A stretch of DNA of 64,000 nucleotides, from contig NZ_JBNGZA010000002.1 of assembly GCF_052049935.1 (NCBI RefSeq), positions 19,977 to 83,976 on the forward strand. Reading direction: 5' to 3'. The notes beneath the pieces were generated by a model, which did not search any database, was not told where the DNA came from, and saw only the letters and a list, made by a program, of their open reading frames with translations. Shown here piece after piece: positions 39,515-50,182 of the stretch. This DNA is from Candidatus Pelagibacter sp. Its GTDB lineage: Bacteria > Pseudomonadota > Alphaproteobacteria > Pelagibacterales > Pelagibacteraceae. Positions within the stretch are counted from its first letter, which is position 1. Each line of letters begins with the position of its first letter. A program made the position numbers and the translations under genes.

Positions 39515-40156
39515 TTATCCCTTTATAATATGCTCAATTTTATCAGTAATTTCCTCTATTTTTAGGGTTCCATCAACCTCATGTATGGTTGTTTTTTTCG
39601 ATAGAAAATCTAATACTGGTTTAGTGGTCTCAATATATTTGTCATACCTGTTTAAAATAGTTTCTAAGTTATCATCTTTTCTTTTTACCAAATATTTTCC
39701 ACTACAACTTAGTTTTTTTATTTTTTCTTGATCAAAATATTCATTTAATGTGATATTACATTTTTCACAAGTAACTCTACCCATTATTCTTTTTTGAATT
39801 ATATCTCTAGAAACGTTTAGAGAGATTACAAAATCTATCTTTCGTTTAAGATTATTTAAAATATGTTCTAAATTTGATGCTTGAGATACTGATCGTGGGT
39901 ATCCATCGAAAATTATTGGATCATGAGAATTTAATTTAGAAAGTGTTTGTTTTAATAAATCGTTCACAATTTCATCAGAAACAAATTCTCCTTTTGATAT
40001 TAATTTCTCAATTTCAACTCCAATATTAGACTTTTTTTTTGCTTCGTTTCTTAAAAGATCACCAGTTGAAATTTGATAATATTTATGATTTTCAACTAAC
40101 CTTTGTGCTTGAGTGCCTTTACCTGCTCCGGGAGGACCAAATAAAATGATATTCAC
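39515..40156 (-). CDS. adk: Adenylate kinase
   Basis: GPPGAGKGTQ, ISTGDLLR, DGYPR, RKDD. Confidence 0.97.
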   Translation of the reverse strand: MNIILFGPPGAGKGTQAQRLVENHKYYQISTGDLLRNEAKKKSNIGVEIEKLISKGEFVSDEIVNDLLKQTLSKLNSHDPIIFDGYPRSVSQASNLEHILNNLKRKIDFVISLNVSRDIIQKRIMGRVTCEKCNITLNEYFDQEKIKKLSCSGKYLVKRKDDNLETILNRYDKYIETTKPVLDFLSKKTTIHEVDGTLKIEEITDKIEHIIKG

Positions 40157-40167
40157 TAAACTAATCC

Positions 40168-41451
40168 TTATCTATTTCCAAATTTTGTTCTTTTGATTAA
40201 TTGTTCATATTGTGAACTCATTAATCTAGTTTGAATTTGAGTTACAGTATCAATGGCTACAACCACAACAATTAAAACTGATGTACCTCCAAGATAAAAA
40301 GGAATTGGATAGTTTGCAATTAAAAATTCAGGCATTAGACAAACTATAGTTAAATAAAGTGCCCCAATTGTTGTCAACTTAGTTAAAATATTTTCAATGT
40401 AAATTGCAGTGCTTTCACCTGGTCTAATTCCTGGAACAAAGCCACCATATTTTCTTAAATTCTCTGCAGTTTCAACTGGATTGAATGTAATTGATGTGTA
40501 AAAAAAAGTAAAAAAGATAATTCCAGATGCATAAAGTAGCATGTACAAAGGTTGGCCTTGAGTAAAGAAAGAACTTATATTTAAAAAGGTTTCATTTTCT
40601 GAAAAATTAAAATTTGAAAACGTTACTGGTAATAATAACAGTGCGGAAGCGAAAATTGCAGGTATCACTCCTGCTTGATTAATCTTTAACGGTAAATGTG
40701 ATGACTCTCCACCATATAATTTATTACCCATTTGTCGTTTTGGGTAATTAATTAAGATTTTTCTTAAAGCTCTCTCCATAAATACAATAAAAAGAATTGT
40801 TAATATTAATAAAATAAATATTGCTAAAATCATAAAAGTAGAAACGGCACCAGTTCGACCTAATTCAAAAGTTGTTACTAGTGCTCTAGGTATTTCAGCA
40901 ACAATACCAGCAAAAATAATTAAAGAAATACCGTTCCCAATACCTCTTTGTGTTATCTGCTCACCTAACCACATTAAGAAAATTGTTCCAGCAACAATTG
41001 TTGTGACTGTTGAAATTTTAAAGAATACACCAGGGTTTATTACTAAATTTGCGGAAGACTCCAATCCAACAGCTAAACCATATCCTTGAACTGTGGCTAA
41101 CAATACAGTTCCGTATCTTGTTATTTGAGTAATTTTAGCTCTACCCATTTCTCCTTGGGCTTTTAAATTTTTAAAGTAATCTGAAACTCCTGTCAAAAGT
41201 TGAACTATAATCGAAGATGAAATATATGGCATTATACCTAAAGCAAATATTGCCATTCTACTTACAGCACCACCTGCAAAAACATTAAACATTCCAAGCA
41301 AACCTTTTTGGTTACCATCCATCATAATTTTAAGCTGCTCTGGATCGATTCCAGGTAATGGAACAAATGTTCCAAATCTATAAACAGTCAAAATAAATAT
41401 GGTAAATATAATTCTATTCTTAAGATCTGTTGTTGAAGAAGTTGAGCTCAT
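40168..41451 (-). CDS. secY: Preprotein translocase SecY
   Basis: FALGIMPYISSSII, WLGEQIT, GIGNGISLII, GVIPAIFA, IPGIRPG-like VPGIRPG, GGTSVLI. Confidence 0.98.
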   Translation of the reverse strand: MSSTSSTTDLKNRIIFTIFILTVYRFGTFVPLPGIDPEQLKIMMDGNQKGLLGMFNVFAGGAVSRMAIFALGIMPYISSSIIVQLLTGVSDYFKNLKAQGEMGRAKITQITRYGTVLLATVQGYGLAVGLESSANLVINPGVFFKISTVTTIVAGTIFLMWLGEQITQRGIGNGISLIIFAGIVAEIPRALVTTFELGRTGAVSTFMILAIFILLILTILFIVFMERALRKILINYPKRQMGNKLYGGESSHLPLKINQAGVIPAIFASALLLLPVTFSNFNFSENETFLNISSFFTQGQPLYMLLYASGIIFFTFFYTSITFNPVETAENLRKYGGFVPGIRPGESTAIYIENILTKLTTIGALYLTIVCLMPEFLIANYPIPFYLGGTSVLIVVVVAIDTVTQIQTRLMSSQYEQLIKRTKFGNR

Positions 41452-41461
41452 TGATCTCTAG

Positions 41462-41914
41462 CTATTTTTTTAATTGGATAGAGCCGCCAATTTTTTCTAA
41501 TTTAGATAGAGCTGATTTTGACGCAAGGTCTGCTTCGATATTTATTTTGTCTTTAATATCGCCTGTACCCAAAATTTTTAGTTTTTTTGAATTTTTGTTT
41601 ATTAATTTTAATTTTTTTAATACATCCGCATTTAAAACATCTGACGTTTTAATACTTTTTTTATCAATATAGAACTGAATTTTTTCCAAATTTAATATTG
41701 CAACATCTTCTTTTGAAATTGGATTAAATCCTCTCTTAGGTAATCTTCTGTATAATGGCATCTGACCACCCTCAAAACTTTTTATAGCAACACCTGATCT
41801 TGATTTTTGACCTTTGACGCCTCTTCCTGAGGTTTTGCCCTTACCAGAGCCAATACCTCTTCCAACTCTAATTTTACTTTTATTGATTTTTAACTTTGTA
41901 TTTAATGTAGTCAT
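41462..41914 (-). CDS. rplO: 50S ribosomal protein L15
   Basis: [34 protein letters not shown]. Confidence 0.98.
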   Translation of the reverse strand: MTTLNTKLKINKSKIRVGRGIGSGKGKTSGRGVKGQKSRSGVAIKSFEGGQMPLYRRLPKRGFNPISKEDVAILNLEKIQFYIDKKSIKTSDVLNADVLKKLKLINKNSKKLKILGTGDIKDKINIEADLASKSALSKLEKIGGSIQLKK

Positions 41915-42429
41915 TATCCTCTTTTTTCAATTATTTCTGAAATTTTTTTATTTCTGATTGCTGAAATTTGTTTAGGTGAATTTTGTTTCATTAGCGCTTT
42001 CATTGTTGCTCTTATTACATTGTGCGCATTTGAAGTTCCCATCGATTTCGCAACTATATCTTTAACTCCTAAAACTTCACATACTGCTCTAACTGGTCCA
42101 CCAGCAATGATTCCAGTTCCTTTAGATGCAGCTCTTAATACTATTCTACCAGAGCCATCTTTAGCTTTAACATCATGATGAATTGTCCTACCTTCTCTTA
42201 GTGGGATTTGTATCAATTTTCTTCTTGCCATTTCATTCGCTTTTTTTATAGCGTCGGGTACCTGTTTAGCTTTCGCATGGGCAATTCCAATTCTGCCAGC
42301 TTGGTTGCCAACTACAACTAATGCTGAAAATCCAAACCTTCTACCACCTTTAACAACTTTAGTTATTCTGTTGATATGGACTAGTTTTTCTAAAATATCG
42401 TCAGTTTTTTTATCTTTATTATTTTCCAT
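41914..42429 (-). CDS. rpsE: 30S ribosomal protein S5
   Basis: [22 protein letters not shown]. Confidence 0.98.
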   Translation of the reverse strand: MENNKDKKTDDILEKLVHINRITKVVKGGRRFGFSALVVVGNQAGRIGIAHAKAKQVPDAIKKANEMARRKLIQIPLREGRTIHHDVKAKDGSGRIVLRAASKGTGIIAGGPVRAVCEVLGVKDIVAKSMGTSNAHNVIRATMKALMKQNSPKQISAIRNKKISEIIEKRG

Positions 42430-42431
42430 TA

Positions 42432-42788
42432 TTAAAATTCCATTCCATTTTTACGTAAGGTTTCAGCAAAAATTTTTACTCTTCCGTGATATTTATAAAT
42501 CCCTCTATCAAAAAATATTTTTGTTATTTTCTTTTCTTGAGCTTTTTTTGCTAATCTTTCTGCAACAACTTCTGATAATTTAGATTTATTCATTTTTTCA
42601 CTGGTTTTAATATCTTTTTCAACTGAAGAGGCAGATAACAAAGTTATATTTTTAGTATCATCAATAATTTGTGCCGAAATATTTCTTGCAGATCTTGATA
42701 TACTTAATCTGAATCTATCTTTTGAAGCAACTTTTTTAACCTTGTTGCTTACTCTGAATTTTTTTCTAATACTTGTGTTTATTTTCAT
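42432..42788 (-). CDS. rplR: 50S ribosomal protein L18
   Basis: [20 protein letters not shown]. Confidence 0.97.
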   Translation of the reverse strand: MKINTSIRKKFRVSNKVKKVASKDRFRLSISRSARNISAQIIDDTKNITLLSASSVEKDIKTSEKMNKSKLSEVVAERLAKKAQEKKITKIFFDRGIYKYHGRVKIFAETLRKNGMEF

Positions 42789-43327
42789 TACTTTTTCTTT
42801 CCTTCTTTTTTCAATACATACTGCCCTTTTTCTCTTATTCCTTTGCCCTTATAAGGTTCAATTTTTCTTAGTGTCTTTATTTTAGAGGCAACTAGCCCAA
42901 CTTGTTGTTTGTCAGATCCAGTTATCTTTAATGTTGTTTGTTTTTCTACAGCTATCTTTATTCCCTCAGGAATATCAAAGTTTATATCATGACTATAACC
43001 TAATTGCAGGTTTAATTGATTGCCTTTTAATGCTGCCCTATAACCTACACCAACAAGCTCAAGAGTTTTTTCATAACCTGTGCTTGATCCTATTACTGCA
43101 TTATTAATCAAACTTCTATTCATTCCCCAAAGTCTTTTTGTGTTCTGATCAATTTTTTTTGGTTTTATTGAAATTTCTTTTCCATTTTTAATGTCCAAAT
43201 TAAAAATATCTAAATCAATATCAATTGATTTTTTTCCAAGAGGGCCTTCAATATTTAAATTATTGCCTGCCAAAGCTACTTTGACTTTTTCTGGTACCGC
43301 TATATTAATTTTTCCTATTTTAGACAT
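42788..43327 (-). CDS. rplF: 50S ribosomal protein L6
   Basis: [21 protein letters not shown]. Confidence 0.98.
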   Translation of the reverse strand: MSKIGKINIAVPEKVKVALAGNNLNIEGPLGKKSIDIDLDIFNLDIKNGKEISIKPKKIDQNTKRLWGMNRSLINNAVIGSSTGYEKTLELVGVGYRAALKGNQLNLQLGYSHDINFDIPEGIKIAVEKQTTLKITGSDKQQVGLVASKIKTLRKIEPYKGKGIREKGQYVLKKEGKKK

Positions 43328-43722
43328 TAAAATACCTTACAAATTATTTCTCCACCGACACGTTGTTTTCTTGCGTCTAAGTCTGTCATAACACCTTTTG
43401 GCGTTGATACTATAGCTATACCTAAGCCATTATTGATTTTTGGTAAGCCGTCAGCGCTAGAAAAAATTCTTCTTCCTGGTTTTGATACTCTTTCAAAAGT
43501 ACTTATTACTGGGTTTCCAGAGTGATATTTAAGTTCTAACGATAAAACAGCTTTATTATTGTCGTTGTTAACTTTAAAGTCTTTGATGAAACCCTCATTT
43601 TTTAAAATATCTGCTATTTTACTTTTAAAGTTTGAAGATGGTAATTCTACCTTTTTATGATTTCTTGCTTGAGCATTCTTTACTCTGGCTATCATATCTC
43701 CAATTGGGTCACTTAAACTCAT
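43327..43722 (-). CDS. rpsH: 30S ribosomal protein S8
   Basis: DPIGDMIARVKN, SKPGRRIF, STPKGVMT, GGE. Confidence 0.98.
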   Translation of the reverse strand: MSLSDPIGDMIARVKNAQARNHKKVELPSSNFKSKIADILKNEGFIKDFKVNNDNNKAVLSLELKYHSGNPVISTFERVSKPGRRIFSSADGLPKINNGLGIAIVSTPKGVMTDLDARKQRVGGEIICKVF

Positions 43723-43732
43723 AATTTCCTTT

Positions 43733-44038
43733 CTACCAACTTGATTTCACTAATCCAGGAATTTTGCCTTGTAATCCTAACTGTCTTAAAGCAATCCTAG
43801 AAATCTTTAATTTTCTATAAACACCATGAGGTCTGCCAGTTATTTGACATCTATTCATAACTCTAATCTTTGCAGAATTTCTTGGTAAATTTGATAATTT
43901 TTGTTGTGCCTTGAATCTTTCTTCAAAAGGCAATTTTTTATCCATTATTATTTTTTTAAGTTTTTCTCTTTTTTTATAAAACTTATCGGAAAGTTTAATT
44001 CTCTTATTGTTTTTATTAATTGAGCTCATTTTAGCCAT
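43733..44038 (-). CDS. rpsN: 30S ribosomal protein S14 (long, Zn-independent type)
   Basis: LPRNSAKIRVMNRCQITGRPHG, IPGLVKSSW. Start set to ATG 44038, with SD AAGGAG upstream. Confidence 0.97.
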   Translation of the reverse strand: MAKMSSINKNNKRIKLSDKFYKKREKLKKIIMDKKLPFEERFKAQQKLSNLPRNSAKIRVMNRCQITGRPHGVYRKLKISRIALRQLGLQGKIPGLVKSSW

Positions 44039-44039
44039 A

Positions 44040-44594
44040 TTAATTGTCTCCTTTCTTAACAAATGGAAAGTTAAGTTTTTCTAGTAATGCATAACTATGT
44101 TCTGGACTGTTTGAAGAAATAGCTATTGTAATATCCAATCCTCTTACTTTGTCTGCACGATCAAAGCTTACCTCAGGGAAAATTATGTGTTCTTTAATTC
44201 CAAAAGTGTAATTACCAAACTTATCAAAACCTTTTGGAGATAACCCTCTGAAATCTTTAATTCTTGGTAAAGCAATATTTACTAATCTGTCTAAAAATTC
44301 ATACATTTTGTTCTTTCTTAGAGTGACTTTCAAACCCGCGTTAGAACCTTTTCTTGTTTTAAAATTTGCTACAGATTTTTTGAATTTTGTGATTACAGGT
44401 TTTTGTCCTGTTATTTTACCCATATCTTCTTCACATGATTTTAAAATTTTGCTATCATTTCCATCTAAACCAAGACCCATATTTAAGACAATCTTCTCAA
44501 TTTTTGGACCCATATAAATGTTTTTCAAACCAAATTGGTCTTTAAGTGCTGGTTGAATCTCTTTTAAATATATTTCTTTTAATCTTGGTGACAT
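44040..44594 (-). CDS. rplE: 50S ribosomal protein L5
   Basis: ITGQKP, LPRIKDFRG, GNYTFGIKE. Confidence 0.98.
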   Translation of the reverse strand: MSPRLKEIYLKEIQPALKDQFGLKNIYMGPKIEKIVLNMGLGLDGNDSKILKSCEEDMGKITGQKPVITKFKKSVANFKTRKGSNAGLKVTLRKNKMYEFLDRLVNIALPRIKDFRGLSPKGFDKFGNYTFGIKEHIIFPEVSFDRADKVRGLDITIAISSNSPEHSYALLEKLNFPFVKKGDN

Positions 44595-44596
44595 GA

Positions 44597-44845
44597 TTAT
44601 TTTTTAGCCTCTTTTTTTGATGTTTTAGCTTTCTCATCAATTAATTTTAAATTTGAAATATGGATAAAACTTTCTTTTGATACAATTCCACCTTTTTTTT
44701 CTTTTGTAGTTTTAACATGTTTCTTAACCATATTAATATCTTTAACTTTTGCTCTATTCATTGATCTATCAATCTCTATAACTTCACCTTCTTTTTTTTT
44801 GTCTTTTCCAGCTAATACTAAAACTTTTAAACCTTTTTTTATCAT
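44597..44845 (-). CDS. rplX: 50S ribosomal protein L24 (short, 82 aa)
   Basis: [20 protein letters not shown]; position between rplN and rplE. Confidence 0.95.
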   Translation of the reverse strand: MIKKGLKVLVLAGKDKKKEGEVIEIDRSMNRAKVKDINMVKKHVKTTKEKKGGIVSKESFIHISNLKLIDEKAKTSKKEAKK

Positions 44846-44847
44846 CT

Positions 44848-45216
44848 TTATAAAACCTCTGGTGCTAAAGAAATAATTTTCATTTGCCCTCTTGTTCTTA
44901 ACTCCCTCGTTACTGGACCAAATATTCTAGTCCCAACCGGTTCTCCTTTGTCATCAACCAGTACCGCAGCGTTATTGTCAAATCTAACTTTAGATCCATC
45001 ATCTCTATGAATGCCCTTTTTTACTCTTACAACCACAGCCTTATGAACAGAACCTTTTTTAACTTTTCCTTTAGGTATTGCTTCTTTTACGGCAATTACA
45101 ATTGTATCACCTATGCTAGCGTATCTTCTTTTTGAACCACCCAAAACTTTAATACACTCTATTCTTTTAGCACCTGTGTTATCAGCAACTTGTAATTCAG
45201 TTTGTACTTGTATCAT
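44848..45216 (-). CDS. rplN: 50S ribosomal protein L14
   Basis: [27 protein letters not shown]. Confidence 0.98.
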   Translation of the reverse strand: MIQVQTELQVADNTGAKRIECIKVLGGSKRRYASIGDTIVIAVKEAIPKGKVKKGSVHKAVVVRVKKGIHRDDGSKVRFDNNAAVLVDDKGEPVGTRIFGPVTRELRTRGQMKIISLAPEVL

Positions 45217-45452
45217 TACTTAGTATTCTCCATTACTTGAAATTTTTTATTTTTTGAAAATGGTTTACTTTCAATAATTGAAACTTTATCTCCATTTTTA
45301 AACTTATTATTTTCGTCATGAGCGTTGTATTTTTTTCTTACTTTAACAACCTTTTTAAGAACTGGATGTGAGTATTTTCTCTCTACCATTACAGTTACAG
45401 TTTTATTAGGTTTATCGCTGACAACTATTCCTGTTAATATTTTTTTAGGCAT
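45216..45452 (-). CDS. rpsQ: 30S ribosomal protein S17
   Basis: GIVVSDK, KTVTV, HDENN, SKNK. Confidence 0.97.
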   Translation of the reverse strand: MPKKILTGIVVSDKPNKTVTVMVERKYSHPVLKKVVKVRKKYNAHDENNKFKNGDKVSIIESKPFSKNKKFQVMENTK

Positions 45453-45636
45453 TTGTTTTTCCTTTTAAAAATGTTTTTAATCTTGCTATAGTTTTTTTTG
45501 TTTCTCCAATTTTAGCTGGATTTGTTACTTGTGAATTCATTTTTTGAAATCTAAAATTGAAAAGATCTTTTTTAAATTTGTCAATATTCTTAACAATTTC
45601 ATCTTTAGACATTTTTTTTATTTCAGTTCTTTTCAT
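45445..45636 (-). CDS. rpmC: 50S ribosomal protein L29
   Basis: [16 protein letters not shown]; position. Confidence 0.95.
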   Translation of the reverse strand: MKRTEIKKMSKDEIVKNIDKFKKDLFNFRFQKMNSQVTNPAKIGETKKTIARLKTFLKGKTNA

Positions 45637-46047
45637 TTATGCAAACCTTTTAATTGTTTTAGTTTTTATAGGTAATTTTGCTGAAGCCTTATACAAAGCT
45701 TCTTTAGCAATTTGTTCTGAGACACCATCTACCTCAAATAAAATTCTACCTGGTTTTACACGACATGCATAATATTCTGGTGAACCTTTACCTTTACCCA
45801 TCCTAACTTCTATTGGTTTCTTTGAAACAGGTATATTAGGGAAAACTCTAGTCCAAACTCTTCCTTGTCTTTTCATATGTCTTGTAAGTGCTACTCTAGC
45901 AGCTTCAATTTGCTTACCTGTAATTCTTTCTGGCGACAAAGCTTTAAGAGCGAAGGCACCATAATTAATAAAATTAGCTCTAGAGGCATTTCCATGGATT
46001 CTACCTTTGTGCGCTTTTCTCCATTTAGTTCTTACTGGTTGTAACAT
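45637..46047 (-). CDS. rplP: 50S ribosomal protein L16
   Basis: [19 protein letters not shown]. Confidence 0.98.
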   Translation of the reverse strand: MLQPVRTKWRKAHKGRIHGNASRANFINYGAFALKALSPERITGKQIEAARVALTRHMKRQGRVWTRVFPNIPVSKKPIEVRMGKGKGSPEYYACRVKPGRILFEVDGVSEQIAKEALYKASAKLPIKTKTIKRFA

Positions 46048-46727
46048 TATTTGTTTGCCTCTTTTGGTGTTTCTTTGTTTGTTTCTTGACTAAATTCTTT
46101 CGCAAAGACTTCACCTTTGTATATCCATACTTTAATACCAATTATTCCATAAGTAGTTAAAGCTTCTGCTTCTGCATAATCAATATCAGCTCTTAAAGTG
46201 TGTGAAGGAATACTTCCATCTCTCAACCATTCAGTTCTTGCAATTTCATTTCCTCCTAGTCTTCCGCTAATCGAAACTTTAATACCTTTAGCTCCTAATC
46301 TTAGACATGATTGCATAGCTCTCTTCATTGCTCTTCTGTAAGATATTCTTTTTACAAGCTGTTGAGCAATATTTTCTGCTACAAGATATGCGTTAGTTTC
46401 AGGTTTTTTTACTTCTTTTATGTTTAATGCTACTTCATTTGAAGTTATTTTTGCTAAATTATTTTTAATCTTATCTATATCACTGCCTTTTTTACCAATA
46501 ACAAACCCTGGTCTTGAAGTGTAAATAGTTACATAACATTTATTAGATGTTCTTTCTATCATTACCTTTGAAACACCTGAATTAATAACGTTTTTTTTAA
46601 TGTATTCTCTAATCTTAAAATCTTCGATAAGATAATTTCCAAAGTCTTTTTTCTTAGCATACCAAACAGAGTCCCAACCTCTGTTTACTCCAAGTCTAAA
46701 ACCTACAGGATTAACCTTTTGACCCAT
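46047..46727 (-). CDS. rpsC: 30S ribosomal protein S3
   Basis: [44 protein letters not shown]. Confidence 0.98.
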   Translation of the reverse strand: MGQKVNPVGFRLGVNRGWDSVWYAKKKDFGNYLIEDFKIREYIKKNVINSGVSKVMIERTSNKCYVTIYTSRPGFVIGKKGSDIDKIKNNLAKITSNEVALNIKEVKKPETNAYLVAENIAQQLVKRISYRRAMKRAMQSCLRLGAKGIKVSISGRLGGNEIARTEWLRDGSIPSHTLRADIDYAEAEALTTYGIIGIKVWIYKGEVFAKEFSQETNKETPKEANK

Positions 46728-47109
46728 GACTCTCCATTTGTTTAGCTTCAGTTAATATTATTGTGACACTAGAATAAGGTTTCAAAATTGGCGCAGCTCT
46801 ACCTTTTGCTCTAGGTCTAAATCTTTTCATTGTAATTTTTTTTCCACAATAAGCTTCTTTGACAATTAGATTGTCAATGTCATATTGAAAATTATTTTCA
46901 GCATTTGCAACTGCTGAACTTATAGTTTTTCTAATATCTCTAGTAATTCTTTTTTCAGAAAACTCTAAATCTCTGATAGCAACATCAACTTTTTTTCCAA
47001 CAATTCCTTTAAGTATTGGATTCAGCTTTCTTACACTTGATCTAATGTTGTTGTTAATTGATTTAACAACTTTATCAGTTTTATTTTGTATTTTCTTTTT
47101 TTTACTCAT
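46711..47109 (-). CDS. rplV: 50S ribosomal protein L22
   Basis: SAVANAENN, KRFRPRAKGRA. Confidence 0.97.
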   Translation of the reverse strand: MSKKKKIQNKTDKVVKSINNNIRSSVRKLNPILKGIVGKKVDVAIRDLEFSEKRITRDIRKTISSAVANAENNFQYDIDNLIVKEAYCGKKITMKRFRPRAKGRAAPILKPYSSVTIILTEAKQMESHGSKG

Positions 47110-47111
47110 CT

Positions 47112-47405
47112 TTATTTTTTAGCCTCTGCTGGTTTTGCTTTTTTATCTGCAGGTGTATGACCAAAGAAGGTTCTGGTTGGTGCAAATTCACCAAGTTTAT
47201 GTCCAACCATATCTTCAGAAACAGTAATTGGGATAAATTTTTTACCGTTATAAATCAAAAAACTTACTCCTACAAAATCTGGAATAATAGTTGATTTTCT
47301 TGACCATGTTTTGATAGGAATTTTTTTAGGATCAGACTTATACTTATCAACCTTTTTCATAAGGCTTTCTTCAACAAATGGACCCTTCCAAACTGCTCTT
47401 GCCAT
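47112..47405 (-). CDS. rpsS: 30S ribosomal protein S19
   Basis: [26 protein letters not shown]. Confidence 0.98.
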   Translation of the reverse strand: MARAVWKGPFVEESLMKKVDKYKSDPKKIPIKTWSRKSTIIPDFVGVSFLIYNGKKFIPITVSEDMVGHKLGEFAPTRTFFGHTPADKKAKPAEAKK

Positions 47406-47411
47406 AAAATG

Positions 47412-48245
47412 TTAATCCTTTCTTTTCTTCCTTCTTCTGACTATAAATTTATCAGTTCTTTTATTATCTCTAGTTTTTAATCCTTTAGCTGACTGTCCTG
47501 TTGGTGAAACTGGATGTCTTCCTCCAGCAGTCTTACCTTCTCCACCACCATGTGGGTGATCAACAGGGTTTTTAACAACACCTCTTGTGTGTGGTCTTCT
47601 ACCTAGCCATCTTGATCTTCCAGCTTTTCCAATTTTTATATTTTTTTGATCCGGGTTGCTTAAAATTCCTATTGTAGCAAGAGCTCTTGAATCTATCTTT
47701 CTAACTTCACCAGAGGCAAGTTTAATCAAGCTATAATTTCCATCTATACCACTAATAGTCACCGATGTTCCAGCTGATCTTGCTAATTTACCTCCAGCAC
47801 CTGGTTGGATTTCAACATTATGAATATTTATTCCAACTGGTATATCTTGAAGCGGCATACAGTTTCCAATTTTAATTTCTTTGTTCGAACCATTTTCAAT
47901 TACATCACCAGTTTTAATTTTTTGAGGAGCTAAATAATAAGCATGAGTATTATCTTGGAACTTAACAAGCATTATGTAGCAAGATCTATTTGGATCATAT
48001 TCAATTCTCTCAACTGTAGCAGGCATATCAAATTTTTTTCTGTAAAAATCTACATGTCTGTACATTTTTTTATGTCCACCAGCTCTATTTATAGAAGTAA
48101 TTCTTCCGTTATTGTTTCTACCTTTCATAGCATTTTTAGGTGAAACTAATGATTTAAATGGTTTTCCTTTCCATAGTTCTGATCTATCAACTAAGATTGT
48201 TCCTCTTGTAGATTTTGTATATGGTTTAAATGTTTTTAATGCCAT
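47412..48245 (-). CDS. rplB: 50S ribosomal protein L2
   Basis: GRNNNGRIT, EYDPNRS, PVDHPHGGGEG. Confidence 0.98.
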   Translation of the reverse strand: MALKTFKPYTKSTRGTILVDRSELWKGKPFKSLVSPKNAMKGRNNNGRITSINRAGGHKKMYRHVDFYRKKFDMPATVERIEYDPNRSCYIMLVKFQDNTHAYYLAPQKIKTGDVIENGSNKEIKIGNCMPLQDIPVGINIHNVEIQPGAGGKLARSAGTSVTISGIDGNYSLIKLASGEVRKIDSRALATIGILSNPDQKNIKIGKAGRSRWLGRRPHTRGVVKNPVDHPHGGGEGKTAGGRHPVSPTGQSAKGLKTRDNKRTDKFIVRRRKKRKD

Positions 48246-48246
48246 T

Positions 48247-48540
48247 TTAAATTCCTGTTGTTAGATCTATGCTCTGACCTTTTTTAAGAGTTATGATTGC
48301 TTTTTTAAACCCAGAGACTTTTACTTTTCTACCTCTAGTAAGTTTAGTTCTATTTTGTTTATTTATAATGTTAATTTTAGTTACATTAACTTTAAATATT
48401 TTTTCTATATTCTTTTTTAAATTAATCTTGTTGGCACTAGAAGGCACTTTGAATACAATTTTATTATGTTCAGATAAGTTTGTAGATTTTTCTGTGACAA
48501 CTGGAGATAAAATTTTATCGTATAAATGTAATCTACTCAT
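48247..48540 (-). CDS. rplW: 50S ribosomal protein L23
   Basis: PVVTEKS, KKAIITL. Confidence 0.97.
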   Translation of the reverse strand: MSRLHLYDKILSPVVTEKSTNLSEHNKIVFKVPSSANKINLKKNIEKIFKVNVTKINIINKQNRTKLTRGRKVKVSGFKKAIITLKKGQSIDLTTGI

Positions 48541-49163
48541 TAGCTATATCTCTTTTCTAATTCTTTTACAGAACTTTCCGTAAAAACAATTTTTTTAAAT
48601 TTAACAACATCAAATGCACTAAAGTGATTTACATCTGTTACCTTAATATTTGGAATATTTCTAACTGATCTTTCAATTTTATCTTTTGAAGATTTATCTA
48701 AAATTATCAAAGAATTTGTAATATCAAATTTTTTAACAATATGATTCATTTCTTTTGTTTTTTTTATTTCAGAACTAAAATCATTAAAAATCATTAAATT
48801 TTTATCTTTATTTTTTTCACTCAACAATGATGCGATACTAAGTTTTTTCTCACTTTTATTTAGTTTTCTTTTTTTATAAGCTAGCTCACCTTTTGGTCCA
48901 TGAGCCACACCACCACCAACAAATATTGGTGCTTTTCTAGAGGCATGTCTAGCATTACCAGTACCCTTTTGTGCATAAATTTTTGATGTTGGACCAGAAA
49001 CTTCATTTTGCTGTTTTGTTTTTGCATGACGTCCTTTATAATTTGCATTAGTTTTGTATAAAACAGCACTTACCAATCTTTTGTTAATTTTTGCAGAAAA
49101 AACTTTATCTAAAACTTCGATAGAGTCTTTTTTTCCATCTAAACTATGTTTATCTATTTTCAT
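48540..49163 (-). CDS. rplD: 50S ribosomal protein L4
   Basis: QKGTGNARH, GGGVAHGPK. Confidence 0.97.
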   Translation of the reverse strand: MKIDKHSLDGKKDSIEVLDKVFSAKINKRLVSAVLYKTNANYKGRHAKTKQQNEVSGPTSKIYAQKGTGNARHASRKAPIFVGGGVAHGPKGELAYKKRKLNKSEKKLSIASLLSEKNKDKNLMIFNDFSSEIKKTKEMNHIVKKFDITNSLIILDKSSKDKIERSVRNIPNIKVTDVNHFSAFDVVKFKKIVFTESSVKELEKRYS

Positions 49164-49873
49164 TATTTTTTCTTTTTATCCGGTGTTTTTTTTGCTTCTT
49201 CTGCAGCAGCTATTTTTTCTGTAACAGTTAATTTTTTAATATTTTTAACTGATTTTTTAACAAGAACTTCGGTATTTTTTGATCCAGGGATTGAACCTTT
49301 TAAATAAAGTAGCTCATTTTCCAAATCAGCCTTTATTATTTCAATGTTTTGCATAGTTCTTAATTTATCACCCATGTGACCAGCCATTTTTTTTCCTTTA
49401 AATACTTTACCTGGATCTTGTCTTTGACCAGTAGACCCATGAGATCTATGTGAAATTGAAACACCGTGAGTAGCTCTCAAACCACCAAAATTATGCCTTT
49501 TCATTGCACCTGCAAAACCTTTACCGATAGTTTTTGATTTTGTATCAACAAACTTAATGTCTTTAAAAATTTCTAAACCAAATTCATTACCTTCTTTGTA
49601 ATCTTCAGTTTTATAGACTCTATATTCTTTTAACTTTTTCTTAGCTTCTGTATTTTTTTTTGCAAAAAAACCTTTCATTGCTTTTGTTAATTTTGAACTT
49701 TTAATTTTTCCGTAACCAAGTTGTATGGCTTTGTAACCTCTTTTTTCTTCTTCAATTACTTGTATCACTCTAGCTTTTTCCATTTTTAAAACTGTAACAG
49801 GAACGAGTTGACCCGTTTTATAAAATTCTCTAGTCATCCCAATTTTTTTTCCAATTAAAGCTATTTCTGACAT
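49163..49873 (-). CDS. rplC: 50S ribosomal protein L3
   Basis: GKKIGMT, GKGFAGAMKRHNF, HRSHGSTGQRQDPGKVFKGKKMAG. Confidence 0.98.
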   Translation of the reverse strand: MSEIALIGKKIGMTREFYKTGQLVPVTVLKMEKARVIQVIEEEKRGYKAIQLGYGKIKSSKLTKAMKGFFAKKNTEAKKKLKEYRVYKTEDYKEGNEFGLEIFKDIKFVDTKSKTIGKGFAGAMKRHNFGGLRATHGVSISHRSHGSTGQRQDPGKVFKGKKMAGHMGDKLRTMQNIEIIKADLENELLYLKGSIPGSKNTEVLVKKSVKNIKKLTVTEKIAAAEEAKKTPDKKKK

Positions 49874-50181
49874 TAAATTTTTATCTCCACATCAACACCA
49901 GAAGCTAAATCTAATTTCATCAAAGCTTCAACAGTTTGTGGCGTTGGTTCAATTATATCAATTAATCTTTTATGTGTTCTGCTCTCAAATTGTTCTCTAC
50001 TTTTTTTGTCTATATGAGGTGATCTTAAAACTGTGTATCTTTCTATTCTTGTTGGTAATGGAATAGGACCTTTAATTGTAGCTCCAGTTCTTTTAACCGT
50101 GTTTACAATTTCTTCTGTAGAAGCATCTAAAATTTTATTATCATATGCTCTAAGTTTAATTCTGATGTTTTGTTTTTCCAT
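49873..50181 (-). CDS. rpsJ: 30S ribosomal protein S10
   Basis: [29 protein letters not shown]. Confidence 0.98.
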   Translation of the reverse strand: MEKQNIRIKLRAYDNKILDASTEEIVNTVKRTGATIKGPIPLPTRIERYTVLRSPHIDKKSREQFESRTHKRLIDIIEPTPQTVEALMKLDLASGVDVEIKI

Positions 50182-50182
50182 A

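Noticed and set aside
38625-40168. Absence of rpsD, rpmJ, infA and map around secY and the alpha operon
   Set aside because: Normal alphaproteobacterial arrangement
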